From the NCBI GenBank assembly GCA_026387155.1, contig JAPLMF010000027.1:18317-60452 (forward strand): a stretch of 42,136 bases of DNA, written 5' to 3'. The translations under genes and the position numbers were made by a program. Below the pieces are notes generated by a model. It was not told where the DNA came from and searched no databases. It saw nothing but the letters and a program-made list of their open reading frames with translations. Below are positions 8,698 through 18,715 of the stretch, one piece after another (the stretch's first letter is position 1; every line of letters starts with the position of its first letter). Origin of the DNA: Candidatus Omnitrophota bacterium. GTDB lineage: Bacteria > Omnitrophota > Gorgyraeia > 2-01-FULL-45-10.

Positions 8698-9933
8698 CTA
8701 CCTCTTGGATGCGGCGCGTTCAAGCTCCCTCTTCACATCCGAGAGCCCTGCTTTTGGGTCAACCCCTTGCAGGACGGACCTCTGTATCACGTTATCTATA
8801 TACCTCGTATAGGCATCCCAATTGGCTATCGCCGGAGGCCCCTTCGAATCTTCGGCCTGGTCGACAAGGACTTTCTTGAATTTAGGATCCATATCGATCA
8901 TGGCCCATGTCTTCTTATTCGGAGGGAAATAAGTGTCCTGTTTGATCAGAGCGGCTTCATATAAAGCCTTCTGCATCTCTGGTGTGGAGAGATACCGAAT
9001 GAAGGCCCATGCCTCTTTCTTATGTTTGGACTGTTCAAATATCCCCATTATCCTGCCGCCGATGAGGGCTGTTCTCTTGCCGGAAGGGCCTTGCGGCAGC
9101 ATAGCTATAGACCATTTACCGGCTATCTCCGGGGCTGAAAGACGTAAATCATCTATCTTCCAGTTGCCGGATATTGCCAGGGGGAAATCCCCGGTCCTCA
9201 TGCCTTGCTCGAGAGGTATCTTCGTCTTCGGTACATTGTACTTCGTATAAAGCTCGGAGAAGAACCTCATCGCTCTCTCCGCTTCCGGGGAATCTATCAT
9301 GACTTTCGAGTAGTCGGGTGAGTAGTAATCCCCGCCGGCTTGCCACAGGAACGGCGAATATCCTATCCAGCTCAAAGACCCCCAATCGAAGATCATTCCT
9401 TTGTTGGATTTATTGAGATCCGCCAGCACCGCTTCGAGTTCTTCCCATGTACGCGGAGGTTCTTTTACGATGTCACTTCTATAGTACAAGATATATTCGG
9501 TCAGATCGAACGGAACACCATACACCTTGCCTTTATATTCTATGGAATTCCACAGGCCGGGAAATATCGTCTCCTTTATAGCTCGGACTTCTTCCGGATA
9601 TGCCGCCGCCAGATCTACCATTGAATCGAGAATGCCGAACTCTGTGCCCCAGGTAAGGCCCATCGTTCCTATGTCCGGCGCAACACCTCCAGCTATCGAG
9701 GTCAAATATTTTGAATGTGCGTCGCCCCAGGAGATGGCCTCGCAATTCACTTTTATTCCGGTCTTTTTTAAAAAATCTTCCGCGAGGGACTTTATCGTTA
9801 TGGCTTGGCCTTCGGAGCCTATCAACCACATCATTATTTCCGGGGTCTTCCCGCTGCCAGCATCATCGGCTTTCTTCCCGCATCCGGATATTAACAGGCA
9901 GCTGACAAGGATCAAAGCTAGAATTTTTTTCAT
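8698..9933 (-). CDS. Carbohydrate ABC transporter substrate-binding lipoprotein
   Basis: Probable start MKKILALIL with lipobox LISGC; PDI, YGVPF, YYRSD and GG..MGI motifs of CUT1 SBPs. Confidence 0.9.
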   Translation of the reverse strand: MKKILALILVSCLLISGCGKKADDAGSGKTPEIMMWLIGSEGQAITIKSLAEDFLKKTGIKVNCEAISWGDAHSKYLTSIAGGVAPDIGTMGLTWGTEFGILDSMVDLAAAYPEEVRAIKETIFPGLWNSIEYKGKVYGVPFDLTEYILYYRSDIVKEPPRTWEELEAVLADLNKSNKGMIFDWGSLSWIGYSPFLWQAGGDYYSPDYSKVMIDSPEAERAMRFFSELYTKYNVPKTKIPLEQGMRTGDFPLAISGNWKIDDLRLSAPEIAGKWSIAMLPQGPSGKRTALIGGRIMGIFEQSKHKKEAWAFIRYLSTPEMQKALYEAALIKQDTYFPPNKKTWAMIDMDPKFKKVLVDQAEDSKGPPAIANWDAYTRYIDNVIQRSVLQGVDPKAGLSDVKRELERAASKR

Positions 9934-9961
9934 TTTTTTCTTTTGGCTTCTGACTTCTGTC

Positions 9962-11218
9962 CTATATTCTAGCAAACACCTGTTGCATCACAAGCGATGC
10001 AGCACCGCAGGCTATCGAATCCTCTTCCAGGCTGGTGGGAACTATCCTGACTATCTTAAGGCTCTCCTCATAAGCCCATTTCTTCGCCCCGCCGCGTACA
10101 GCGGCCATGAATACGTCCCCGAACTTCTCTATCCCGCGTCCTATGACTACGGCATCCGGATTAAAGAGATTTATGAGGACCGCTACCTTCGCGCCGAGAT
10201 AATCTCCGGCTTCGTTGAGTATATTACCGGCCACCTTATCGTCCGTGGCAGCCGCTTCCACGATCATCTTTACCGTTATCTTATCGGGATTGCCTCCTGC
10301 CAGGTCGAGTATCCTGGAAGAAACCTTATCGTCCCTGAAATAGTGCTTCGCGCGCTGCACTATACCTAAGTCTATGCCCCTTGACCGGAAACCGCAGCCG
10401 TAGTCATATTTGGCCCAACAGTTATCATCTTTATAATCCGGTGAAGGAGGGTTTATGTTAAGCTCGCCGGCGCTTTTTGAGGCGCCATAATAGATCTCGC
10501 CGTTCAGTATGAGGCCGCAGGAAGAATCTGAACACATATAAATTATATTCTCGGCTTCCGTATTCAATCCAAGCCCCATCCACTTTTCACCGAGCGCTCC
10601 GGCTGTGGCATCATGCTCGACCAGCGTAGGCGCGTCAAGATCTTTTTCCAGCAGGGACTGCAGATTTGTATAGTTGAAGAGTCCTCCTTTTTCCACCGCG
10701 TATCTCACGACACCTTTATAACGGTCGAGCACTCCCCAACTGCCTATGCCTATCCCCCTAAGCCTCTCTTTGTCTATCCCGGACTTATCAAAAGCGTCGC
10801 GGGCGATCCTCCGTATCTTCTCAGTAAACTTATCCTGCGACTCTTCCTCTTTCTTGATCTTGGCTTTGGCGACTATCTTGCCGGCCGCGTCAACTACGAC
10901 GGCTATGGCGCAGGAATCTTCCATTATGTGGGGGCTACCAAGATCTATCCCTATGGCATAACCGTACTTGGCATTCAGATCCAAAAGTTCGGGCCTGCGC
11001 CCTCCGGTGGATACGTCGTATCCGCGCTCGAGAACGAGGCCTTTTGCGATGTAGTCGTCTATGTAGTTGGATATCGTTACTATATTCAGATGAGTTATCT
11101 TCGATATTTCGGCCCGCGATATCTGACGGGTCCTTCTTATTATATCGAGTATGGCTAGATTGCGTCGCTCCTTTTCGGTAAAGCGGTCGTTTCTTAGAAC
11201 CCTTCCCCTTATGGCCAT
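9962..11218 (-). CDS. ROK family transcriptional repressor (NagC/XylR-like)
   Basis: N-terminal HTH (ISRAEISKIT..TIS), STGGRRP, GIDLG, EHDATAGALGE, LFNPDAVVIG. Confidence 0.92.
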   Translation of the reverse strand: MAIRGRVLRNDRFTEKERRNLAILDIIRRTRQISRAEISKITHLNIVTISNYIDDYIAKGLVLERGYDVSTGGRRPELLDLNAKYGYAIGIDLGSPHIMEDSCAIAVVVDAAGKIVAKAKIKKEEESQDKFTEKIRRIARDAFDKSGIDKERLRGIGIGSWGVLDRYKGVVRYAVEKGGLFNYTNLQSLLEKDLDAPTLVEHDATAGALGEKWMGLGLNTEAENIIYMCSDSSCGLILNGEIYYGASKSAGELNINPPSPDYKDDNCWAKYDYGCGFRSRGIDLGIVQRAKHYFRDDKVSSRILDLAGGNPDKITVKMIVEAAATDDKVAGNILNEAGDYLGAKVAVLINLFNPDAVVIGRGIEKFGDVFMAAVRGGAKKWAYEESLKIVRIVPTSLEEDSIACGAASLVMQQVFARI

Positions 11219-11257
11219 ACTTCCTCCATCCGGTTGGTCTTAGGCTGTTACCATACG

Positions 11258-12397
11258 CTACCAGCTAGATTCTATATATATCACTCCGAAGGTCTTCCAA
11301 CCCTTAAACCCGCCCCTCATGAGCGCCCAATTCGAGACATATCTTATCCACGCAAACGTCAGGAATTTGCTGGATGGCTTCAATTTCGCTACCGGCTTAA
11401 AGTATCTGTACAGGAATACCAAAAACAGCGCCGCCCATATTGGCAGCCACATAGTGGCTACTCCGGTAACCAGCGTCTGGATCATGTTTATCACTAAAGC
11501 AAGCCCGAACGCATGCATAAAATGATAGTCGCCTATATAGATGATGCCGGGGGCGAAAAATGGTATCACCGCTGTAATGTAGTTAGGCGTATACTGCAAT
11601 TGTATCTCCAGAACATTCTTAGCGTGTTTCTTTACGGCAAGCGGGTGGCCGAAACCGTAACCGAAGAGCTGCTTGCAATAAGCTGCCAGTGTCACCCTGT
11701 GCATATGATCAACTATAGCCGAAGGCTTGTAATAGAGCTTGAAGCCTTTTTTCAATATCCGCAGGCTAAAATCGACGTCCTCGCTCGTTATCTCGTGCCA
11801 GAATTCCCTTCCTATCGCATCGGCGGCTACCTTGGATACGGCCGCGTTTGCCGTAGCAAAGAACGGGCTGTGCATATTGCCGTTCAATTCATGAGGAAGA
11901 TCCTTGATTATGCCGGGATAGTAACCCTCTTTGGTCATCAAACATCTTCCCGACACGGTAAGGAACTTCGTCTCTTCGCAATAAGCCTCTACGTCGTTAT
12001 TCGGATCGGTCCTTAAAGTATGGATCTCGCCTCCGACCATACCTATCTTAGGATCGGCAAAGAACGGCTCAAGTATTTTTTTCACCCAATCGACGCGCGG
12101 AGCGCAGTCACCGTCCGTAAATAATATATAGTCGCCTTTTGCCATTTTAAGGGCCGCATTTCTGGCTTCACCGGGTGACTTTGAATTCGGCACTATGACT
12201 ATCTTTATAAGATCGTACTTCTTCTGCCACTCCCGTATTATTTCGACGGTCTTATCGGTGGAACCGCCGTCGCCGAATACTATTTCCATCCTATCCTTGG
12301 GATAATCCACCTCGAGCAGGTATTTTAAGTTTGTGTCTATCGTCCTCTCTACGTTGCGTATAGGATTTATGATCGATATAAATGGTAACTGCTGCAT
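11258..12397 (-). CDS. GT2 glycosyltransferase with C-terminal membrane helices
   Basis: DGGSTD, ARN, FTDGDC, EDVDFS motifs; hydrophobic C-terminus. Confidence 0.88.
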   Translation of the reverse strand: MQQLPFISIINPIRNVERTIDTNLKYLLEVDYPKDRMEIVFGDGGSTDKTVEIIREWQKKYDLIKIVIVPNSKSPGEARNAALKMAKGDYILFTDGDCAPRVDWVKKILEPFFADPKIGMVGGEIHTLRTDPNNDVEAYCEETKFLTVSGRCLMTKEGYYPGIIKDLPHELNGNMHSPFFATANAAVSKVAADAIGREFWHEITSEDVDFSLRILKKGFKLYYKPSAIVDHMHRVTLAAYCKQLFGYGFGHPLAVKKHAKNVLEIQLQYTPNYITAVIPFFAPGIIYIGDYHFMHAFGLALVINMIQTLVTGVATMWLPIWAALFLVFLYRYFKPVAKLKPSSKFLTFAWIRYVSNWALMRGGFKGWKTFGVIYIESSW

Positions 12398-12422
12398 TTC
12401 CTCTAACCGCTCCTTTCTAAAT

Positions 12423-14777
12423 TTAGCCTAACTCCACTTCCACTTTATGAACTTTGCCGTCATTGAATACCGGCGTCACATTACCCTCTATCTTCATTCC
12501 GTCGACTTTAAGGTGCTTAACCCCTTTATTTATACCCTTGGGGTTTCTCACGTGGATATCATAGGTAGCGTTCCTAAAGACCCTTTTCACTTCAAACGAC
12601 TTCCACCTCTTCGGGATACAAGGGTCAATCACCAGGCCATTATAATCCGGCTTGATCCCCAGGATGTATTCCGATATGGCAACGAAGTTCCACGCCGCCG
12701 TCCCTGTAAGCCATGAATTCCTCGCGCGGCCGAAGTTCTGATTGGACTTTCCTGTTATGAACTGCGAATATATATAACATTCCGTGAGGTGGATATCGGC
12801 CATCTTATTCTTTGTAGTCGGAAGTATCGTCTTATAGTACTTATACGCTATATCTCCGCGGCCCAGGATCGTCTCGGCTATCATCGCCCAGGGATTCGAA
12901 TGGCAGAATATACCACCATTCTCTTTCAAGCCCGGCGCAAATGTCGTCACTGCTCCGAGTTTCTCGTCGTACTCGGTATACGGCGGATTTATCAGCATTA
13001 TCCCATACTCGGTATCGAGTAGCCTCTTGACGCTGTCCATACAGGTGAGGCCGCGTACGCCTTCCGCTATCCCGCTCATAACCGCCCATGATTGCGGAAG
13101 AAGGTCTATATTACCGCCTTCTTTGCATTTTGCCGATCCCACCGGTTGTCCGTATTTATCTATTCCGCGTATATACCATTTCCCGTCCCAAGCCTTTTTG
13201 TTGAAATTATCTTTTATACCGAAGGCAACCTTGCTGTACTTCTCATAATCTTCGACGCGATCGAGGAGATTTGCTATCGTAAGAAATTCCTGTATCTCGA
13301 GATACAAAAGCTCGGGGACCCATGTAGTCTCGGCGATCTCGTTGCCGACACCCAAATTAAGGCAATCGTTCCAATCGGCAAAACGCATCTTTACGAAACC
13401 CTCTTTACCCTTCTCGCTCAATACAAAATCTATGGCCTTCTTAAGGTGCTCATAAATAGAGGCGGACTCACCGTCTATGAATTTCACCCTCTCATCTAGG
13501 AAGGCGATATCTCCTGTCTCTTTCATATAAACAGCGGTCGACATTATAAGCCATAGCGGGTCATCAGAATATCCGCCCTTCTCGCCTGTCTTAGTAAGCG
13601 GGAAGAACTTATGGTACGAAGAACCATTCTTGAACTGATTTGACGCAAGCTCCATGATGCGCGCCTTTACCCTTTGGGGTATGGCGTGCACAACGCCGAT
13701 AGTATCCTGATTTGAATCCCTAAAACCCATCCCCCGGCCTATACCGGCCTCGTAATATGACGCGGAACGCGACCAGTTAAATGTAGTGCGGCACTGGTAC
13801 TGATTCCAGATGTTTACCATGGAGTTAACTTCGGGGTCCGGTGTCTTGGCATGGTAGTGGTCGAGATACTTGGCCCAGTAGGCCTTAAGCTCATCAAGTT
13901 TCTTATAAACGTCCGTCTCTTTTAAATATCTCGAGTAAGTCTTTTTTGCCTCTTCCTTCGTCTCGGCAACGCCGAGGGAAAATATTATATCTTTCGTCTC
14001 GCCTTTCTCTAGCGATACGTTTAAAGATACGCTCGCTATCGGGTTACCTCCCGAAGCTGTAGAATTAAAGGACTTGCCATTTTCAACCGCCACCGGATCC
14101 GATTCAGAGCGGTACCTGCCTATAAAATCCTCCCTATCGCAATCATATCCCGATATCTTCTTATTACATCCGAAATACGAAAGTCCGAGTTTGCCAAATT
14201 TAGGCGCGTAACCGGTCTGGTGAAATATGACGTTGCCCTCATTAACAGCGCTTGCTATATTAAGCGTATACTGGAAATCGGTCATGTCCATTTCGGCATG
14301 CCAGAGACAGAATTCTAAATACGTAAATATCTTGATCTTGCGCGTTTTTCCGGAATTATTGATTACCTTAAGCGCCCAGAACTCCATATTTTCCCCGAGC
14401 GGAACAAAATAGTCCGTCTCGGTAGATATGCCGGCGTATTTTGATTTGATCGTCGTATATCCCATGCCGTGGCGGCACTCGTATTTATACCCTTTATCCT
14501 TGCGAACCGGCTGCCCGGTAGCCGACCAATAGTCACCTGAAACCTCGTCGCGGAGATATATGTATCTCCCTGGACGATCGACGGGAATGTTATTATATCG
14601 AAACCTGGTTATTCTCCTGTCCTTGGGATCCTTATGAAAGCTGTATCCGCCCGCCGTATTCGACATTAGCGCGCAATATTCGTCGCATCCGAGATAATTT
14701 ATCCATGGGGTGGGCGTATCGGGCCGCGTTATTACGAATTCCCTATTCTTATCGTCAAAATATCCGTACTTCATCAT
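12423..14777 (-). CDS. GH94 glycoside phosphorylase (cellobiose/chitobiose phosphorylase-like)
   Basis: PDTPTPWINY, GRGMGFRDSNQD, DWNDCL, ENGGIFCH and SWLTGTA motifs. Confidence 0.93.
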   Translation of the reverse strand: MMKYGYFDDKNREFVITRPDTPTPWINYLGCDEYCALMSNTAGGYSFHKDPKDRRITRFRYNNIPVDRPGRYIYLRDEVSGDYWSATGQPVRKDKGYKYECRHGMGYTTIKSKYAGISTETDYFVPLGENMEFWALKVINNSGKTRKIKIFTYLEFCLWHAEMDMTDFQYTLNIASAVNEGNVIFHQTGYAPKFGKLGLSYFGCNKKISGYDCDREDFIGRYRSESDPVAVENGKSFNSTASGGNPIASVSLNVSLEKGETKDIIFSLGVAETKEEAKKTYSRYLKETDVYKKLDELKAYWAKYLDHYHAKTPDPEVNSMVNIWNQYQCRTTFNWSRSASYYEAGIGRGMGFRDSNQDTIGVVHAIPQRVKARIMELASNQFKNGSSYHKFFPLTKTGEKGGYSDDPLWLIMSTAVYMKETGDIAFLDERVKFIDGESASIYEHLKKAIDFVLSEKGKEGFVKMRFADWNDCLNLGVGNEIAETTWVPELLYLEIQEFLTIANLLDRVEDYEKYSKVAFGIKDNFNKKAWDGKWYIRGIDKYGQPVGSAKCKEGGNIDLLPQSWAVMSGIAEGVRGLTCMDSVKRLLDTEYGIMLINPPYTEYDEKLGAVTTFAPGLKENGGIFCHSNPWAMIAETILGRGDIAYKYYKTILPTTKNKMADIHLTECYIYSQFITGKSNQNFGRARNSWLTGTAAWNFVAISEYILGIKPDYNGLVIDPCIPKRWKSFEVKRVFRNATYDIHVRNPKGINKGVKHLKVDGMKIEGNVTPVFNDGKVHKVEVELG

Positions 14778-14791
14778 ATTTCGAAGTTCCT

Positions 14792-15385
14792 CTAATCTGA
14801 AAGCTTCACGTTATCTATATAGATCGGCCCGCGGTACTGGATCTTCCCGTTAGATTCAACACGTACGCCCATCTTCTTTACATCCGCTCTGAAACCGTCA
14901 TCTATGAAGCGCCTCCACGCCATGCTCTCCGGCGTAAGGTCAGCCTTTATAACGGTCCATTCACCCGGCGTGAGCGGTATAGATCTGTTCATCTCCGTCC
15001 ATTTCCAGCCTTCACCCACGGTAAGTATGATCTTGCCCCTCAGGCCTCTTGGCGCGTTATTCGGCAAAAATACGTCAGCCGATACAAAACTAAACGGGCT
15101 CCAATCGGTCACGTCGACTACGCGCTCTACATACGCGGCCTGCCAACCAGGGAGCCCAGAAAAGTCGACATCAAGTTCAAGCGCATACTTGCCTTCGCTT
15201 GCATTAAATTCGGAAACGCTTAAAGATCTGGCGACATGGTCTTTTTTGGTCGTTGCCCAGTCGGGTATATCCCAGCCCTGAGGGTCCTTCTCAAACGTAT
15301 ATAAAGTTACCTCTCTTGCATAGGATGGCCCGGCGACAAACGCAGCCGTTAATAAAATCATAAAAAATATGTTTAAGATTCGCAT
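14792..15385 (-). CDS. Secreted stand-alone CBM-like protein (paralogue of 16587-17177)
   Basis: Signal peptide; FEKD.QG, SEG..L, PGEW and GPIYIDNV.L typical of jelly-roll CBMs. Confidence 0.6.
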   Translation of the reverse strand: MRILNIFFMILLTAAFVAGPSYAREVTLYTFEKDPQGWDIPDWATTKKDHVARSLSVSEFNASEGKYALELDVDFSGLPGWQAAYVERVVDVTDWSPFSFVSADVFLPNNAPRGLRGKIILTVGEGWKWTEMNRSIPLTPGEWTVIKADLTPESMAWRRFIDDGFRADVKKMGVRVESNGKIQYRGPIYIDNVKLSD

Positions 15386-15400
15386 AAAAAAATAAGGCGC

Positions 15401-16477
15401 TTATTTATAGAGACTTCTCTTCGGCGTCGGCTTCTTATACCACTCCCTTACGAGGTTCTGTGCGGGTTTATTCTGCGGTGTAAAACTCTTATTTCCCTTG
15501 CCACCCAGATTCTTATTAGTCCCCCACTTCCACCAGTACGCCCCGTAGAACCACTCCTTGGACCAAAATAGTTCGAAGACGGCGCGATAGCAATCTTCCT
15601 GCAGCTTCATGTTAAGCGGCTTACCAACTGCCTCTTCCCACGGCCTCTTAGTGATATCCTCGGCGGAGCAATACCCGATCTCGGGGAATATTATCGGTTT
15701 ATCCACCTTCTTCTGGAACTCTTCCATATCCTTTATCCAGGGGCCCCACCCGGCTTTTATCTCCTCATAAGTAGGTATCTTTTTATCTGATAGCGGGAAA
15801 TACGCATCTATGCCGACATAATCCATTTTGTCCCAGAACTTGACATATTGATATTCGTCATGCCAGTTCGCGGCATATGTGAGAGGCCCCTTGTATGCTT
15901 CTTTTATAGGGGGTATTACGATCGTCTTCCATTTATCCTCTTTGATAGTAGACACAGAAGTGAGCTCCGTCCCAATGCAGAACATATCGCATTTCGTCTC
16001 CTCGGCGATCTTTGCGTAATGGACTATGAAATCCCTGTAGTTCTTGAACCACGCATCCCACTCCGGATTAGTGGAACACGCTATCTCCCCGCGGAACTCT
16101 CCCTCGGATGTATCGCTGATATCGAGATGGGGTTTTAGCATTACCTTCATACCAAGTGAATGGGCTTCGTTTATTATGCTGATGACGCTTGAGTCACTTG
16201 GAGTACTTTCGGCGGGATACATCCTATTAGTGGAGCATTTCTCCTGATACCAGGTGGGTGTTACAGCTACCCAGGTTGTGCCGATATCTTTAACGACCCT
16301 TATCGATTCATGCGAACCATTGGAAGAAAATGCATCTTTCGACCATGTAACATAACACATGCCCTTCTGGAACTCAAAAGCAGGTCTAGGGGCAAAGAGC
16401 CCGGACCGTGAAAGGGCCATATATCCGAATACTGCAGCCGCTATCAAGAGTAATATGAGTGCTGATCTTTTTTTCAT
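15401..16477 (-). CDS. GH113 glycoside hydrolase (beta-mannanase family)
   Basis: KVMLKPH, IGTEL, YAANW, IDAYFPL and PEIGY motifs; N-terminal anchor/signal. Confidence 0.87.
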   Translation of the reverse strand: MKKRSALILLLIAAAVFGYMALSRSGLFAPRPAFEFQKGMCYVTWSKDAFSSNGSHESIRVVKDIGTTWVAVTPTWYQEKCSTNRMYPAESTPSDSSVISIINEAHSLGMKVMLKPHLDISDTSEGEFRGEIACSTNPEWDAWFKNYRDFIVHYAKIAEETKCDMFCIGTELTSVSTIKEDKWKTIVIPPIKEAYKGPLTYAANWHDEYQYVKFWDKMDYVGIDAYFPLSDKKIPTYEEIKAGWGPWIKDMEEFQKKVDKPIIFPEIGYCSAEDITKRPWEEAVGKPLNMKLQEDCYRAVFELFWSKEWFYGAYWWKWGTNKNLGGKGNKSFTPQNKPAQNLVREWYKKPTPKRSLYK

Positions 16478-16531
16478 GATATTTCCGGTTATTATACAAT
16501 AATGGTTCTAAAAACACAACCCTTTATATAA

Positions 16532-16569
16532 TTTCATCCCGAGATGGAATTTTCCATCCCGGGATGAAA
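16532..16569 (-). terminator. Long hairpin after the CBM-like gene
   Basis: TTTCATCCCGAGATGGAA-TT-TTCCATCCCGGGATGAAA; the single mismatch is G-U on the - strand. Confidence 0.55.
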
Positions 16570-16586
16570 AACATGAAAAACGCTCT

Positions 16587-17177
16587 TTACTTCGTCAACC
16601 TCAGGTTGTCAATATATATCGGACCGGTATATTCCGGTTTCTTGTTCGACTCGACCCTGACAGCCAGCTTGCGCACGTCTTTGCGGAAGTTATCGTCTAC
16701 GATCGTCTTCTTCCAATCCTCGCTGCCCGGGATCAGACTTGCCGATATCGTAACCCATTCGCCCGGAACCAACTGTGTCGATCTTGCCATCTCGGTGAAC
16801 TTCCAGTTCTCGCCCACCGTGAAGACCATCTTGCCTTTAAGCCCGATCGGGGCCGTCTTCGGTATATATATGTCTACCGATACCGCCTTATAAGGAGTCC
16901 AATCGAAATACTCAAAATCCTCTACAAGAGCGGCGGTCCACACTTTACCGGGAAATGCGCAGTCTACTTTAAGCGACTGGATTCCCTCACTGGCAAAGTC
17001 CTTCGATACTTCAATGTTCTTTGCCACATGGTCTTCCTGCTCCATAGCCCACTCCGGCACCTCGAAGCCCTGAGTGTCTTTCTCGAAACCGAACAGCACC
17101 TTATCTTCGGCGCGCGCGGATATCTGGAAGAGACAGGCTACGATCACCGCCATACCTAACACCACTATCTTCTTCAT
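16587..17177 (-). CDS. Secreted stand-alone CBM-like protein
   Basis: Signal peptide (..ISARA), strong RBS AAGGAGGTG; aligns end-to-end with 14792-15385. Confidence 0.6.
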   Translation of the reverse strand: MKKIVVLGMAVIVACLFQISARAEDKVLFGFEKDTQGFEVPEWAMEQEDHVAKNIEVSKDFASEGIQSLKVDCAFPGKVWTAALVEDFEYFDWTPYKAVSVDIYIPKTAPIGLKGKMVFTVGENWKFTEMARSTQLVPGEWVTISASLIPGSEDWKKTIVDDNFRKDVRKLAVRVESNKKPEYTGPIYIDNLRLTK

Positions 17178-17209
17178 ACGACACCTCCTTTTATTTTACC
17201 CACACTATT

Positions 17210-17254
17210 AGTATACATTTTTGACTGTTAAATTTCTGTTAAAATAACATTAAA
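17210..17254 (-). promoter_or_regulatory. -10 box (TATACT) preceded by OmpR/PhoB-like 11-bp-period direct repeats
   Basis: - strand TTTAATGT/TTTAACAG/TTTAACAG at an 11-nt period, ending 9 nt upstream of TATACT. Confidence 0.55.
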
Positions 17255-17263
17255 TATTTCTAA

Positions 17264-18715
17264 TCAAGGGCGGACTAAAGGAAGCGATACGATGAAGGTG
17301 GTGCCTTCACCCGGATGGCTTTGGACCGATATGCCGCCGCCGTGAGATTCTGCGACTGCCTTAGCTATACTAAGCCCCAGCCCAAACCCGGAACTTGAAC
17401 GGGATTTATCCACACGGTAAAACCTGTCGAATATATGGCCTATCTCATCCTCGGGTATGCCCGGGCCGGTATCCTTTATACTTATATTGGCTGAAGCGTT
17501 CCTCTTTACGGCAGATACCTCTATCCTGCCTTTTTCCGGCGTATATTTGAACGCATTCTCTATTATATTAAGGAAGAGGATCTTTAGCTGATTGGGATCC
17601 CCATATATCCACAACCCTTCGAGCCCTGAGAATGAAAGCATTATCTCTTTTAGTTCCGCCAACCCTCTTACATTATTTGTTATACCTTTCAGAAGCACAG
17701 TAATATCCAGTTTTTCGCTCTTCTGCGATATCTCCTTTGAATCGAACTTGGCCAGTATCAGAAGATTCTCTGCCAGACTTATTATCCTGTCGGTCTCCTC
17801 GAGCGCGCTCTTTAACGTCTCCTGATACTCAACGTTTGACCGCGTTTTTTTAAGTATAACCTCAAACTCCCCCTTCAGTATGGTGAGGGGCGTCTTCAGT
17901 TCATGGGAAAGGTCCGCGAATAACCTGCGCTGGGTATTAAAGGCCGACTCAAGCCTTCCCAGCATGTCGTTGAACGTTTCGGCCAGCTTCTGGATCTCGT
18001 CTTTTGTATTCGGGATCTTCAGCTTTATCATCATATTCTCGGCGCGGATCTGATGTATCGTCTCTATCATATTATCAACGGGATGAAGCGTGACTTTGGC
18101 GAGGAACGCCCCCATAACACCTGTGGTCAGGACGGTTATAGGGAAGAGCAGAAAGAGTCCCACTTTTAAGTTGTTCAAGGCTATCTTTATCGATCCAAGA
18201 GGACTTGCTACTTGTACTATGTAAGCAACCTTCTCATTCTCGAACACGGGCGCCGTATATATCCTAAAATCGGCCATGGTATCGAAACGCTGTTTCCCTT
18301 GAAGAACCGGGATAAATTCGCCGCGGGGTATCTCGCCTAAACCTGCTATATTCTTTGAGGAGGCGATGGCCTTGCCGTCTGTATCAAAGACCTGTACCAT
18401 GATGTCCAAAAGTTTCGGATCGGTCGACTCCTCCTTCACCCATCTCTGCGCTATCCTCGAGAAGTTGGCGTTCCTGCGTTTGCGCAATATCTCCGACGCG
18501 TCGGCGCCGTCCATAGCTTCGAGGTTCGCTGCCTGCCAGTAAGTATCTATCGCCTGGGCGATACCACCGGCCTTGGATTTAAGGAGAGTATCCATGTTGC
18601 TATTCAAGCTCACATTGACGTTATGGTAGAGGATGAGGCTGAAAGATGTAAGCGTCAGGGCCAGGATCGCCATATAGAGGATCGTTATCTTAAACCTTAT
18701 CGATTTTAAAAACAT
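17264..18715 (-). CDS. HAMP-domain sensor histidine kinase
   Basis: Two TM helices, HAMP, SHELKTP H-box, NAFKY, DTGPGI, FDRFYR, GFGLGL. Confidence 0.95.
   Translation of the reverse strand: MFLKSIRFKITILYMAILALTLTSFSLILYHNVNVSLNSNMDTLLKSKAGGIAQAIDTYWQAANLEAMDGADASEILRKRRNANFSRIAQRWVKEESTDPKLLDIMVQVFDTDGKAIASSKNIAGLGEIPRGEFIPVLQGKQRFDTMADFRIYTAPVFENEKVAYIVQVASPLGSIKIALNNLKVGLFLLFPITVLTTGVMGAFLAKVTLHPVDNMIETIHQIRAENMMIKLKIPNTKDEIQKLAETFNDMLGRLESAFNTQRRLFADLSHELKTPLTILKGEFEVILKKTRSNVEYQETLKSALEETDRIISLAENLLILAKFDSKEISQKSEKLDITVLLKGITNNVRGLAELKEIMLSFSGLEGLWIYGDPNQLKILFLNIIENAFKYTPEKGRIEVSAVKRNASANISIKDTGPGIPEDEIGHIFDRFYRVDKSRSSSGFGLGLSIAKAVAESHGGGISVQSHPGEGTTFIVSLPLVRP

Noticed and set aside
9924-9939. 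T7 tracts around the SBP start as a phase-variation site
   Set aside because: Short, and explained by Lys codons and an A-rich leader
9527-10369. 280-aa + strand ORF and the many other short antisense ORFs
   Set aside because: Shadow ORFs opposite well-supported - strand genes, with no recognisable motifs
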